From Candidatus Nanoarchaeia archaeon (lineage in GTDB: Archaea > Nanobdellota > Nanobdellia > Woesearchaeales > GW2011-AR9), in contig DATDTM010000018.1 of assembly GCA_035290865.1 (NCBI GenBank), positions 11,763-75,762 of the forward strand: a stretch of 64,000 nucleotides of DNA, written 5' to 3'. The translations under genes were made by a program, and so were the position numbers. Shown one piece after another: positions 10,648-20,101 of the stretch (position 1 is its first letter; each line of letters starts with the position of its first letter). The notes beneath the pieces are model-generated. The model was given only the letters and a program-made list of their open reading frames with translations. It ran no database searches and was not told the origin of the DNA.

Positions 10648-12249
10648 CTAATGCACCATCTTGCTATAGGGATGGTAAGACAAGCTGTCAAAATAATCCT
10701 GCCAATAGATAAATTCCTGATAATCCTGGGGAGTAAGCAAAGAGACAAACTTGTCTACCTCAAAAGCAGCCACTTTCTTTCCCTCTTTGATCAGTTCATT
10801 TACGGCAGTAAGGAAAGAATAAGTCGTAAAAGAAGTATACCCTTCTTGATCTAATCTGGTCATGTTTCTGCGGATGGAATTAAACAGGTCAGAAGCATGG
10901 CGATAAATGACTGTTCCGGTAAAAGCATGATCTCTCTCTGGACGTGAAGAAATAGTTGTTTTTTCATAAACTCTCTCCACTAACCCATTCTTAAATTTAA
11001 GGTAAGAATGATAATTAGGATTTCTGAGCACACATTCATGGTGAGTAAAAGTTAAGAGAATCACATCGGTTTCCTCATTTTCGAAAAGATGGGCTAATTT
11101 TCTCTCATCATAATCTAGAATGAAAGAACTGCCAGAAATACAAATCGGATTTTGTGGAAGAAGGTACTTTTCCGCATGAATAATGGTTTCAGCATTACCT
11201 TTGGTCTCAGTTTCTAGGTAAATGGTTTCAGAATGGGGAAAAATCCCTTTTAATAAGCTATCTAGCTGATATTCTGTTTTATGCTCTTCTAAACAAATAA
11301 AGATATTTCTGATCCCTCGAGGATGGAACTTAACGGTGGAAGCAATCAAGGGCTTGCCCATTAAAGGAATTAAAAAGTTGGGGGTATCAAAGCCTAATAA
11401 TTTGAAATCTTTCTTGTTCCCAGCAATAGGAAAAAGATTAGTAGTTTTAATATTTACATTGTTAAAACCAATCGCTTGGCCGGAACGGCGGAAAAAGAAT
11501 TCCGACCAGAATTTATAGACTTCATAATCTCTGGGTGTGCCCCAGCAGATAAATTTCTCTACTTCATAATTGAGGACCTTTAGCCCGTCTTTGATCATCA
11601 AGATGTAAGGATGGGTGATATACGTTTCGCCTTTAGTGTTCATATTTGCATCCATAACTTTTTGAGTATATCTTTTGAAATCAGACCATTTTCTGAAATA
11701 GTATGTTCCGGTAGAAGCATAATCATCCATCCTGTTCTCTTTAGTAAAAGGCTCTTTTTCTCTCAGCTCAGTTAAATACCTCTCTTGGTCTACTTTCAGA
11801 TAGGCATAATAAGTGTCCCCTAAAGAAGCAGGATGAAAACCTTGAAAAGAGATTACTGCCCCGTCGCATCTTCTCTGGTTAATCTCCGCTAAGAAATCGG
11901 AATAATTCCATTTCAAAGTAAAATCGCAATAATTAATGATTACTTCTTCATTATCCCCTACGAGATTAAATACGTTACTACAGGTGTAAAGCGGCCCACC
12001 CCTAATCTGATCAGTAGTTACTGAAACTATCTTTGATTTTGGCGCTAAGTTAAGGAGGACTTTTTTTAGCTGCGTTTCTTTTAGATGTTCTTCATGGCAG
12101 ATAAAGATAAATTCATCTTCGAATGAAAACATATTAATTACATGTTCTATCATTGGTTTTCCGTCAATCTCAACCAAAGGCTTGGGCCCATGGAAAGCAA
12201 CCTCATTGTAACGCTTACCACTTCCGGCCATGGGTATGATGATTTTCAT
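10648..12249 (-). CDS. tandem double nucleotidyltransferase (two LicC-like domains fused)
   Basis: Two repeats of the PMAGSGKRY / IPLMGKP ... ICWGTPRDYEVYKFW pattern. Start is taken at the internal ATG (12249) with an AGAGGAAG SD 8 nt upstream; the track ORF start at 12309 would overlap the upstream gene. Confidence 0.6.
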   Translation of the reverse strand: MKIIIPMAGSGKRYNEVAFHGPKPLVEIDGKPMIEHVINMFSFEDEFIFICHEEHLKETQLKKVLLNLAPKSKIVSVTTDQIRGGPLYTCSNVFNLVGDNEEVIINYCDFTLKWNYSDFLAEINQRRCDGAVISFQGFHPASLGDTYYAYLKVDQERYLTELREKEPFTKENRMDDYASTGTYYFRKWSDFKRYTQKVMDANMNTKGETYITHPYILMIKDGLKVLNYEVEKFICWGTPRDYEVYKFWSEFFFRRSGQAIGFNNVNIKTTNLFPIAGNKKDFKLLGFDTPNFLIPLMGKPLIASTVKFHPRGIRNIFICLEEHKTEYQLDSLLKGIFPHSETIYLETETKGNAETIIHAEKYLLPQNPICISGSSFILDYDERKLAHLFENEETDVILLTFTHHECVLRNPNYHSYLKFKNGLVERVYEKTTISSRPERDHAFTGTVIYRHASDLFNSIRRNMTRLDQEGYTSFTTYSFLTAVNELIKEGKKVAAFEVDKFVSLLTPQDYQEFIYWQDYFDSLSYHPYSKMVH

Positions 12250-12296
12250 TCTTAATCTTCCTCTATTAAATAATAAGTCGCCTTTCAAAAATAAAA

Positions 12297-13310
12297 TCAG
12301 TCCGGACACAAACTGCAGGTTAGATTGGAAGTATCTTTATCCAGATGACTTTTCCTAAAAGCTTTATATCTCTCCGAATTCCATAACTCCTCAAATGATT
12401 TTAACTCGAAGATATTACCTAAAGAATGGGCTTTATGCATGCGCAGACAACAAGGAGTGATCTCCCCTTCTACGGTAATAAATACGGATTTAAAAGGCCA
12501 ATAACAATTTCCTAATTTTTTCAGGCAATGCTTATAGCCAAGAAGGATTCCTTTTTTCAGTAATCTTAGCCTTAATCGGTTCACTTTTTTCCTGATCTGG
12601 GGGGAAAGCTTCCTGGTTTCTGCCACAAATTTAGCTGACTCTTTAAATTCCTCTTCTCCGGGAATCATCCAGTTCTCCACGTCAGCAACAGTGACATAAT
12701 CAACTTTAAGGGTGATAGCCATCTGATGGAGCTGGTCTAACTCCTGATAATTCTGATGGCTGATGACAAAATTAATGCCCACTGCTAGATTAGATTTTCG
12801 TTTGTTCCTTTCTTCGGTCAATAATTTAATTCCTTGTATGATCCGATCCATATCTGCCCCTCGCCTTAAATAATTGAAATTGTCTTTATTTACTGAATCA
12901 AAACTTATCGCTACATCATCAACATAGTCTAAGAGAATATGGCGGTATTTCTCGGAATTCAATAAAGTCCCATTGGTAATGGTCCAGATGCGGATTTTTT
13001 TCTGTTTAAACATTTCAAGCATGGGCACAATCTGGGGGTGAAGCAAGGGCTCACCCAGACCCTGTAATTTTACTGAATTCAGGTTTGGAAAAAAAGAAAT
13101 AATTTTGTCTGTCTCCTCAAGAGAAAGATCAAATTTCTTATAAGTTCCGATTACTTTATTTCTAGTACAAGTAATACAATTAAGATTGCATCTAACAGTT
13201 GGTTCCAGCTGAATGTAGGTGGGAATTAAAGCAATCTCTCCTTTATTGAACCGATCCAATTGAAGATGGAACTTTACTTTTTCAAATTTTCTGCGAATAG
13301 ATTTTAACAT
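12297..13310 (-). CDS. radical SAM enzyme with C-terminal SPASM/twitch Cys cluster
   Basis: CNLNCITCTRN (CxxxCxxC), GLGEPLLHP, C-terminal ...CCLRMHKAH... Cys-rich tail. Confidence 0.75.
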   Translation of the reverse strand: MLKSIRRKFEKVKFHLQLDRFNKGEIALIPTYIQLEPTVRCNLNCITCTRNKVIGTYKKFDLSLEETDKIISFFPNLNSVKLQGLGEPLLHPQIVPMLEMFKQKKIRIWTITNGTLLNSEKYRHILLDYVDDVAISFDSVNKDNFNYLRRGADMDRIIQGIKLLTEERNKRKSNLAVGINFVISHQNYQELDQLHQMAITLKVDYVTVADVENWMIPGEEEFKESAKFVAETRKLSPQIRKKVNRLRLRLLKKGILLGYKHCLKKLGNCYWPFKSVFITVEGEITPCCLRMHKAHSLGNIFELKSFEELWNSERYKAFRKSHLDKDTSNLTCSLCPD

Positions 13311-13909
13311 TTATTTTTCTCCTTTTTTTGTTCAGCCAGCTCTTCCCAATCATATATTTTATCAGTAAGCACGGCGTCAACCGGATTATCTTTTAAGATT
13401 TCTTTAACCGACTCGATTTCGTTCCGATTTAATAATTCTGGGGAAACTATGCAGAGTTTAAAATATTTTCTAAGAGTCTTGAAAGCATCATGTTCAACCG
13501 GTAAATGGGTCAGATTATCTACAAAAACCCATTCTAATTTTCCTTTTAAGTTAAGGCAGGTCTCAATACTTTCCATCTCAGAGAAACGAACCGCAATCTT
13601 ACTAATCCCCTGATTCACTAATTTAAAAATGAAAGGGGGAGTTACGTCAAGAAGAAAATAATCTCTAATCCTAAATTTATCCATTAATCCAATCACTAGT
13701 CTCTCTATTCCTTCGCACTTAATGTTTAGAATGAGATAAGCATGATGATAATGTTTTAGAAACTCTTCAAAATCTTCCCCCTCAAGGAAAGGTTCATGAT
13801 TAAGAATTATTCGATTATTGTATGCTCTTAAATCAACTTCAACTCCGAATTTTTTAGGGGTATTTTGGAGTTGTCCGATGGAATTTATTTGATGGTTTAT
13901 AATTAACAT
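13304..13909 (-). CDS. hypothetical protein (weak resemblance to glycerophosphodiester-phosphodiesterase-like TIM barrel)
   Basis: ORF in an operonic overlap chain (overlaps both neighbours by 7 nt). No decisive motif. Confidence 0.4.
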   Translation of the reverse strand: MLIINHQINSIGQLQNTPKKFGVEVDLRAYNNRIILNHEPFLEGEDFEEFLKHYHHAYLILNIKCEGIERLVIGLMDKFRIRDYFLLDVTPPFIFKLVNQGISKIAVRFSEMESIETCLNLKGKLEWVFVDNLTHLPVEHDAFKTLRKYFKLCIVSPELLNRNEIESVKEILKDNPVDAVLTDKIYDWEELAEQKKEKNKC

Positions 13910-14595
13910 AGATTCACCCTCTTTTCTCCAGCCAAAATTAGTTGATCTCTTTGTTTTAACATCTCCAAATTATTATTAAAACCTTCCCGAGTAAATAACC
14001 CAGAAGTACCGCCCACAAATATTTCCACACCCACTTTATTTAATAATTCTAGAGTATCTATATTTATCGAACCATCCCCAATTAATTTTAAACGAGGATT
14101 TTTCTCTTTGGAAAAGACATTAAACTGCCTAATTTTATCTAAGACTGATCTTTCAAAGGTTTGCCCCGTAAAGCCTGGCTGGACGGTCATAAACATAACA
14201 TAATCCAGCTTTTCAAGGTAAGGAAAAATCTTTTCCACCGGAGTTTTTGGATTTATTACTATCCCCACTTCCAGATTATGTCTCTTTACTAAGTCAATAA
14301 CGTAATTAGGATCCTCATCAGATTCTATATGGAAATAAATGATGTTTATTCCTGCCTCTTTTAGCCGTTTTATATATTTGGAAGGTTTACAGACCATTAA
14401 ATGGGCATCAAATTTTTTATGGGTTAATTTTCTCAGTTCTTGGATCAAATCAAAATTTAGGGCGATATTTTCTACAAATTCCCCATCCATAATATCAAAG
14501 TGGAACATATCGATCCCGGCTTTGAGCAAGGCATGAATGTCCCGATACAGATAAAGCTGGCTGGCGCACATTAAAGAAGCTGTAATTATTACCAT
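13903..14595 (-). CDS. ribulose-phosphate 3-epimerase family protein (pentulose/hexulose-phosphate 3-epimerase)
   Basis: HFDIMDGEFVENI, DAHLMV, MTVQPGFTGQTF, GDGSIN, FVGGTSGLF. These match the RPE signature blocks (HxDxMDGxFVPN, DVHLMV, MxVxPGFGGQxF, VDGGV, VxGSxxF). Confidence 0.75.
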   Translation of the reverse strand: MVIITASLMCASQLYLYRDIHALLKAGIDMFHFDIMDGEFVENIALNFDLIQELRKLTHKKFDAHLMVCKPSKYIKRLKEAGINIIYFHIESDEDPNYVIDLVKRHNLEVGIVINPKTPVEKIFPYLEKLDYVMFMTVQPGFTGQTFERSVLDKIRQFNVFSKEKNPRLKLIGDGSINIDTLELLNKVGVEIFVGGTSGLFTREGFNNNLEMLKQRDQLILAGEKRVNLC

Positions 14596-14637
14596 CCCTT
14601 ATTTTAATTACAATCTATTTATAATCATTATGAAAAT

Positions 14638-14790
14638 AAAAAATCCCAATCGCAGCATACGCGAACCTGCTGATTCCCTAGTTGCTTATCAGCAACAGCT
14701 GCAGGGTATTTTTAACCTCAAATGGTATCTATTCGTTGGTTATTTCTGCCGTTGCAAGCAACGGGGTATAATACCCATTTGAGGAATTAA
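14638..14790 (+). repeat. structured intergenic repeat, copy 1 (subtype A): shared 75-nt 5' module plus a long 3' hairpin
   Basis: 5' module aaaatcccaatcgcagcatacgcgaacctgctgattccctagttgcttatcagcaacagctgcagggtatt is shared with copies at 53116, 53869 and 60754. 3' arm cctcaaatggtat ... atacccatttgagg forms a 13-bp stem. Internal palindromes gttgct/agcaac and gttgca/agcaac. Confidence 0.8.
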
Positions 14791-14806
14791 TTATCTTTCT
14801 ATAAAT

Positions 14807-16252
14807 TCATCTAAAAGTCTTAAAAGCATATCTAGTCAAGTACTTTAATAAGTAACGATAAGAGGCATTAATATGATGCCTATTGGTGAAATAAATATCC
14901 GAAAACTTCCAGATAATTCGATACCCAACATTATCGGGTATCTTTAATAATATTTTTTTAATGAAAGGCCGCAAGAACGGAAATTTAATGTAAAAATGAC
15001 AAAAGCGTGATAATCTTAATATTTTCTGCCCTTCTTCATCCTTCCGAAAACAATCGTAAAAGTTTAAAGTCTTATTTCCAATCAAATCTCCGCCGATAAG
15101 TTTAGGATCGTACTGGCCAATGGATAAGCCATATTCGGTGATGTCTAGTTTGGGGAAAGGCTTAAAAATATTTCCTGCACAGATGGTATCTTTTGTAGAT
15201 AATTTTTTTAATAGTACTAAAGTTTCCTCTACCATTTCTAAAGTCTCACCGGGCAAACCCATCATAAACTGATAAGAAACTTTTAAATTATACTTATGCA
15301 GAAGAGCTGCAGCATGCTCTAATTTCTGATTAGAAGTCTGGGTCTTCCTTAGAATTTTCATCCTAAAATTCTCATTTCCAGCCTCAACACCCATCCTAAT
15401 CAGATAGCATCGATTAGTCTCCGAAATCTGTCTACAAAATTCTTCATTAACCTCATTCGCGCAGGCATTAATGGAAAAAGGCAGGTCTATCTTCTCTTTA
15501 TACAGATTTAGGAAATCAGAAAGCCATTTCTGGTTATAGGCTAAAGTGCTGTCGTTAAAGAAAATATTCTTATAGCCATACTTATTCTTAAGTATTAATA
15601 TTTCTTCAATTACCCTTTCCGGCTCTCTTAAGCTGCAATATTGCTTGCTCACCGGAAAGTACATCTCCCGGTACTTATGGTTGAAACAATAAGAGCAGTT
15701 ATAAGGACATCCTCTCCCCACCATTACCTGAACGAATTCTATATCCCGGAAATAGCGGTATTTTCTATAAATCTCCTGATCGTCAAAAGGCCGCTTATTC
15801 AAGTCAACAAAAGGAGCCAGCTCGTTTTTGATGATTTTATTTCCTTTCCTGACCCAAAGGTTCTGAATCCGGGAATGGTCCTTTTTCCCAGTCAGACAAT
15901 TACATAATTCTATCAAGGCCTCGTTGCCCTCACCACGGCAGAGAACATCAATATCTTTATTCTGCTCAATCATCTCCGGAAAAAAAGAGCAGTCGTATCC
16001 TCCTATGACAATAAGCACGGGCCATTTTTTCTCTTTTATCCTTCTGGCTATACGCAGCATAAAATTCCGATGAGAAGTAGTTATGGGGAAAGCTACAATT
16101 TCTGGCTTAATCCGCTTAATCTCCTCTAAAAGATAAGCATCTTTACCGATAGCGATATCTGTGCTATGCCCAGCTTTTTTAAGAGAAGCAGAAAGGTTCA
16201 TCACCCCCTGATAAGGGAACCAGATTTCCTGTAAAAATAATACTTTGACCAT
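14807..16252 (-). CDS. B12-binding radical SAM enzyme (second class-B rSAM)
   Basis: N-terminal B12-binding-like domain, then VGRGCPYNCSYCFNH. Confidence 0.8.
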   Translation of the reverse strand: MVKVLFLQEIWFPYQGVMNLSASLKKAGHSTDIAIGKDAYLLEEIKRIKPEIVAFPITTSHRNFMLRIARRIKEKKWPVLIVIGGYDCSFFPEMIEQNKDIDVLCRGEGNEALIELCNCLTGKKDHSRIQNLWVRKGNKIIKNELAPFVDLNKRPFDDQEIYRKYRYFRDIEFVQVMVGRGCPYNCSYCFNHKYREMYFPVSKQYCSLREPERVIEEILILKNKYGYKNIFFNDSTLAYNQKWLSDFLNLYKEKIDLPFSINACANEVNEEFCRQISETNRCYLIRMGVEAGNENFRMKILRKTQTSNQKLEHAAALLHKYNLKVSYQFMMGLPGETLEMVEETLVLLKKLSTKDTICAGNIFKPFPKLDITEYGLSIGQYDPKLIGGDLIGNKTLNFYDCFRKDEEGQKILRLSRFCHFYIKFPFLRPFIKKILLKIPDNVGYRIIWKFSDIYFTNRHHINASYRYLLKYLTRYAFKTFR

Positions 16253-16409
16253 GGAAAATATACCTTTTTTTCAGAGAAATATCCCTCAGGTTAGTATTAT
16301 ATAAAGATTCTGGTTTTGAAGTCCATAGGATAATTATTGATTAACCAGACCGTTTGAAACAATCTCTTATTTCAATACTTTTAAATAACCCAATTAATAC
16401 GAATTTAAA

Positions 16410-17585
16410 ATGCATATCGCTCTGCTAGTCTCAGCATTACAGCCTCACCAAAAAGAATCTCTAGCTATCACTACTATTAACTTAGCCCAGCAACTGGCTA
16501 AAGAAAAGCAGGAAGTAACTATCGTTTCTCGTAATAAATGGAACCTTCCTGCTTTTGAGAAAAAAGAGGGGGTTGCTTTTCTTCGGATAAAGAATATCAA
16601 CAAATTAGCCGTATATAATAAACTTCTTGCTTTCCCTTTAGCAATTCGGAAGCTTACTAAAAGCAATAAAATTGAGGTATTGCATAGCTTTAGTTCAGCT
16701 CCGTTGTTAGTGCTGAGGAGCTTACTGGCCCAGAAGTTCTTTGCTCGCAAAGCAGTGGTCATCCATACTCTAAAATCTTATTCCATCAGGAAAGATGTAA
16801 CTGCTAAAAGCGGGAGTAAACTATTAAGTATGCTCGGAAATATTTCTTATCATTTACTTAATTATGCAGATATAATTACCGTTCCTACGGCTATATTTGC
16901 GGATAGACTCTGCAGTAAAAAAATAGAAGCAGAGAAAATACGCATCATCGGGTCTCATATTAATTTAAGTAGGTTTTATCCCCAGCAAAAAGAAAAGCTC
17001 AAAAAAAAATATAACTATGGCCAGAAAAATATTTTATTTTACTATGGGGCAATGTGGGAAATAAAAGGAACGGAATATTTAATCCAGAGTATTCCTAAAA
17101 TCATTCAAAAAAATCCTGAGACGTTATTTGTGTTTGCTCCCAGAAACTTAGTGCAGGCAAAAGAAAAATATTTCCATTTAATAAAAAAGCTGGGTATTGA
17201 AAGTTATGTTCAATTCATTGAAAAAGAGGTAGTTATTGAAGATTATGTTAACCTGGCCGATTTAGTAGTACTGCCTTATCCTCATTTAGAAGGCACAGAA
17301 GGCAACCCTTCTTGTCTGCTGGAAGCAATGGCTTGTAAGACAGCGGTAGTAACTACGGACCTTCCGGAGCTAAAAGAAATCGCTGAGGGCTGTGTGTTTT
17401 TCGCTAAACCAGGAGATGTAGAATCGCTAGCAGAAACAATAAATCATGCTTTAAATAACCCGGATTTAGAAATGGTAGAAAGAGCTTACCAGAAAGCGCA
17501 GGAATTCTCAGTAGAGAAGATAACCCAAAAATTTCTAAATTTATATGAAGAAGCGATTAAGAAGAAAAAAGCTAATTCCAGCTAG
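16410..17585 (+). CDS. family 4 glycosyltransferase (GT-B, retaining)
   Basis: EGNPSCLLEAMACKTAVVTTDLPELKEIAEG, the E-x7-E GT4 motif. Confidence 0.8.
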   Translation: MHIALLVSALQPHQKESLAITTINLAQQLAKEKQEVTIVSRNKWNLPAFEKKEGVAFLRIKNINKLAVYNKLLAFPLAIRKLTKSNKIEVLHSFSSAPLLVLRSLLAQKFFARKAVVIHTLKSYSIRKDVTAKSGSKLLSMLGNISYHLLNYADIITVPTAIFADRLCSKKIEAEKIRIIGSHINLSRFYPQQKEKLKKKYNYGQKNILFYYGAMWEIKGTEYLIQSIPKIIQKNPETLFVFAPRNLVQAKEKYFHLIKKLGIESYVQFIEKEVVIEDYVNLADLVVLPYPHLEGTEGNPSCLLEAMACKTAVVTTDLPELKEIAEGCVFFAKPGDVESLAETINHALNNPDLEMVERAYQKAQEFSVEKITQKFLNLYEEAIKKKKANSS

Positions 17586-17586
17586 G

Positions 17587-18897
17587 TTAATTCCAATTCT
17601 TTAACAGATGGGAGAGGATAAATTCAGAAGATCTTGATTGAGTTATACCTTTCTCTTCAGTCTTCAGTTTTAAAGAATATTTAAACAGTTCAAAAATCTC
17701 CATCTGCCTCTTCAGTTCAGGGATAGACTCTTCCGGCCGGCGCTGATGCAGCATTTCGGGTTCATTATAAAGATAAATAGAGATAGTGGGTTTAGGAAAT
17801 AAACCTAACAAGACCCGTTTAAACCAGAAGGGAACGTGTTTCATCAAGACAATATCAGAACAATACCTATCGGTTATGACTGTTTCTCCTTTGAAGCGTC
17901 GAGGAAGGATGCGGAAATAATAACGTAGAAGCAAGTCTAGAGTAAAGATAGGGGCAACGCAGGTATAAATTAATCTTCTTTTCCAATTGGAGGTTTTAGT
18001 TAAGGTGGAATCACCCTTTTGAATGTCTTTCTTTTTTTCCGAATGTTTATATTTTCTACCGAGAAAGGTTATAGGTAAGAAATGGTCTCTTCCTCTTCCG
18101 GTATAGATCAAAACGGTTTTTCTCTGGGTGGATTGAAGACATTCGTTGATCCTCTGTACTAAAGTAGATTTACCAGAGCCGTCCGGGCCAACCACGCTGA
18201 TCAATGGCGCTAATCTGAGAGGATTCTGGTACTGCCAGAACCAGCGCCAGGAGAGTGCAGCGAAAGTAAAATAGTTTTGCGGTTTTTTAAGAATAAAGTA
18301 AGCTGCAAGCGGATAAGTTTTGATTTGGTTGAAATTATTCTCTTTTACAGAAAGAAGCAAGTGTTGGGCTATTTTTGGGTTAAAAATATTAGAAAGCTTT
18401 TCAAAAACATATTTCTGATTGATTTTAGGATACAATGAGAGCAAAATTTGTTGATATTTAGGTTTAAAGAATCTTTTTCCTAGCACAGAATGAGTCAGAA
18501 GCATCACCAAAGTATCATTATCAGAAGGCGCATAAAAGAAATCTGTTTTGATCCGATTCTGAAGAATTTCCTCATCTAGATAAGAGATATCGTTCCAATG
18601 CACTCCTCCCACTTGAAGATCAAAACTTACTTTGTGGAAATTGTTTTGGATATTAATTAACTTGAAATAAGCTTTATGCTGTAATGAAAATTGAGGTTTA
18701 CGTTTCTGAAAACCGAACTGGGTAAGAATTCGATCTACTTTAGCTAAGTCTTTCTTGGCGATAACTGTATCCAAACTTTCGATATCTTTTGGCGTTCCTG
18801 CACCTAATAAGAATTCATAATTGCGTAGAACACAATATTGCACCTGTTCTCGGTTAAACTCTTCAAATACCTGCTTAAGGAAAGTTATGCGCTCCAT
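17587..18897 (-). CDS. two-domain protein: unknown N-terminal domain plus C-terminal P-loop NTPase/kinase-like domain
   Basis: Walker A VVGPDGSGKSTL near residue 238. No TM segments. Function unknown. Confidence 0.5.
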   Translation of the reverse strand: MERITFLKQVFEEFNREQVQYCVLRNYEFLLGAGTPKDIESLDTVIAKKDLAKVDRILTQFGFQKRKPQFSLQHKAYFKLINIQNNFHKVSFDLQVGGVHWNDISYLDEEILQNRIKTDFFYAPSDNDTLVMLLTHSVLGKRFFKPKYQQILLSLYPKINQKYVFEKLSNIFNPKIAQHLLLSVKENNFNQIKTYPLAAYFILKKPQNYFTFAALSWRWFWQYQNPLRLAPLISVVGPDGSGKSTLVQRINECLQSTQRKTVLIYTGRGRDHFLPITFLGRKYKHSEKKKDIQKGDSTLTKTSNWKRRLIYTCVAPIFTLDLLLRYYFRILPRRFKGETVITDRYCSDIVLMKHVPFWFKRVLLGLFPKPTISIYLYNEPEMLHQRRPEESIPELKRQMEIFELFKYSLKLKTEEKGITQSRSSEFILSHLLKNWN

Positions 18898-18960
18898 TTT
18901 AAGTGATTAAGGTCTCGGTTTTATTAAAATAATATTGGTTTGTTTTTTAAGGGTTATGAT

Positions 18961-19020
18961 ATAGTAAACTGCACTCGCAAGGTGTTATATCTTATGCAGT
19001 TTACTATTAGATACTGCATA
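18961..19020. promoter_or_regulatory. overlapping, mutually exclusive inverted repeats (13-bp and 8-bp stems) in a 162-nt intergenic region
   Basis: atagtaaactgca (18961..18973) pairs with tgcagtttactat (18995..19007). tatgcagt (18993..19000) alternatively pairs with actgcata (19013..19020). Confidence 0.35.
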
Positions 19021-19059
19021 GATAAGTGCTGTAACTTTTGCAGTTATCTGTATTATAAA

Positions 19060-19569
19060 CTATTCTAACTTATTGGGACTAAGTTTAGATCTAATCATTT
19101 TTTTCTTTAACAGACTTTTAAACAATATAATTCCCAAATAAACTAACAGCAAAGGAATAAAAATAAGATAAGACTCTTCCGGCCAGATCCAGCCTAAACT
19201 AAATCTTTCGAGAGAAAATGGATAGAGTAGCATGATTCCGCTGGCTGGATCGAGATGATGAAGCATAAAATCCGAAAGAATATGGCTGGCTGTGCCCAGG
19301 CTTAAAGCGAAAACAATTATACGATAGGTAGACCTGAATAAAGGTGCGACCAAAAGAATAAAAAGAATTAAAATAAATGGTTTATGAAATGTAGTTAAAA
19401 TAGAGAAGCCTTCCGGGAGAGGAACCCATTTTTCCACTAAGAGAAGTTTAGTTAAGATATCCGGAAGAATAGTTCCTAACAAAATTAGGCTTTTCCAGCC
19501 CTTCTTTTTTAAAGGAATTAATTCTATTAAGATTAGTCCAATAAGTAGATGGGTTAGCCAATCAGGCAT
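19060..19569 (-). CDS. membrane-bound metal-dependent hydrolase-like protein (YdjM/DUF457-like)
   Basis: N-terminal MPDWLTHLLIG, with multiple His in TM helices (HILSDFMLHHLD). Confidence 0.45.
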   Translation of the reverse strand: MPDWLTHLLIGLILIELIPLKKKGWKSLILLGTILPDILTKLLLVEKWVPLPEGFSILTTFHKPFILILFILLVAPLFRSTYRIIVFALSLGTASHILSDFMLHHLDPASGIMLLYPFSLERFSLGWIWPEESYLIFIPLLLVYLGIILFKSLLKKKMIRSKLSPNKLE

Positions 19570-20086
19570 TTTCGAATCCCCTCCAAGTAATCTTCCATTC
19601 TCTGAAGAAAAAAGCTAAGACAAAAAGACCGGCGAAAAAAGAGAGAACATAAATGATATAATTATAATCGTGATTATTGATGCTAAGAGCATAGATAGCT
19701 TCTTTAGTTCTATATCCATAAACTGCGACTTCGCCGTATCGAGGAGGGACATAACTGCTAGTGGCTGGATCCAAACTGGAAGAATCCATAAAAGAATAAC
19801 CATCTAGAAAGAATACAGGAATTCTCTTAGTATTATGGGTGAGGTAAAATCCTTTCTCCAAATCATTTCTGGAACCATCCCCTAACTCTCCGGCATAAGC
19901 GCCCATGACCGTTCTCTTATAACCAATCTCTTGGCTGCCATTATTTAGGTCAAAAGATCCTATGGGCCTATCTTCAGTACTAAGATAAAAATTATAATGG
20001 TACAAAGAGATGACGAAAGTAATTAAAATTAAAAGATAAATTAACCCGTTCAAGATACAATTCGGTTTTGGTTCATACTTAAGCAT
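19562..20086 (-). CDS. hypothetical membrane-anchored protein (N-terminal TM plus extracellular domain)
   Basis: Single hydrophobic helix at residues ~15-35. Overlaps the downstream gene by 8 nt. Confidence 0.4.
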   Translation of the reverse strand: MLKYEPKPNCILNGLIYLLILITFVISLYHYNFYLSTEDRPIGSFDLNNGSQEIGYKRTVMGAYAGELGDGSRNDLEKGFYLTHNTKRIPVFFLDGYSFMDSSSLDPATSSYVPPRYGEVAVYGYRTKEAIYALSINNHDYNYIIYVLSFFAGLFVLAFFFREWKITWRGFENA

Positions 20087-20101
20087 TTTTAAATAATAAA
20101 T

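Noticed and set aside
12250-12309. Upstream ATG (12309) for the double nucleotidyltransferase
   Set aside because: It would add a 20-aa non-conserved leader and overlap the preceding gene. The internal ATG at 12249 has an AGAGGAAG SD and begins the conserved MKIIIPMAGSG motif.
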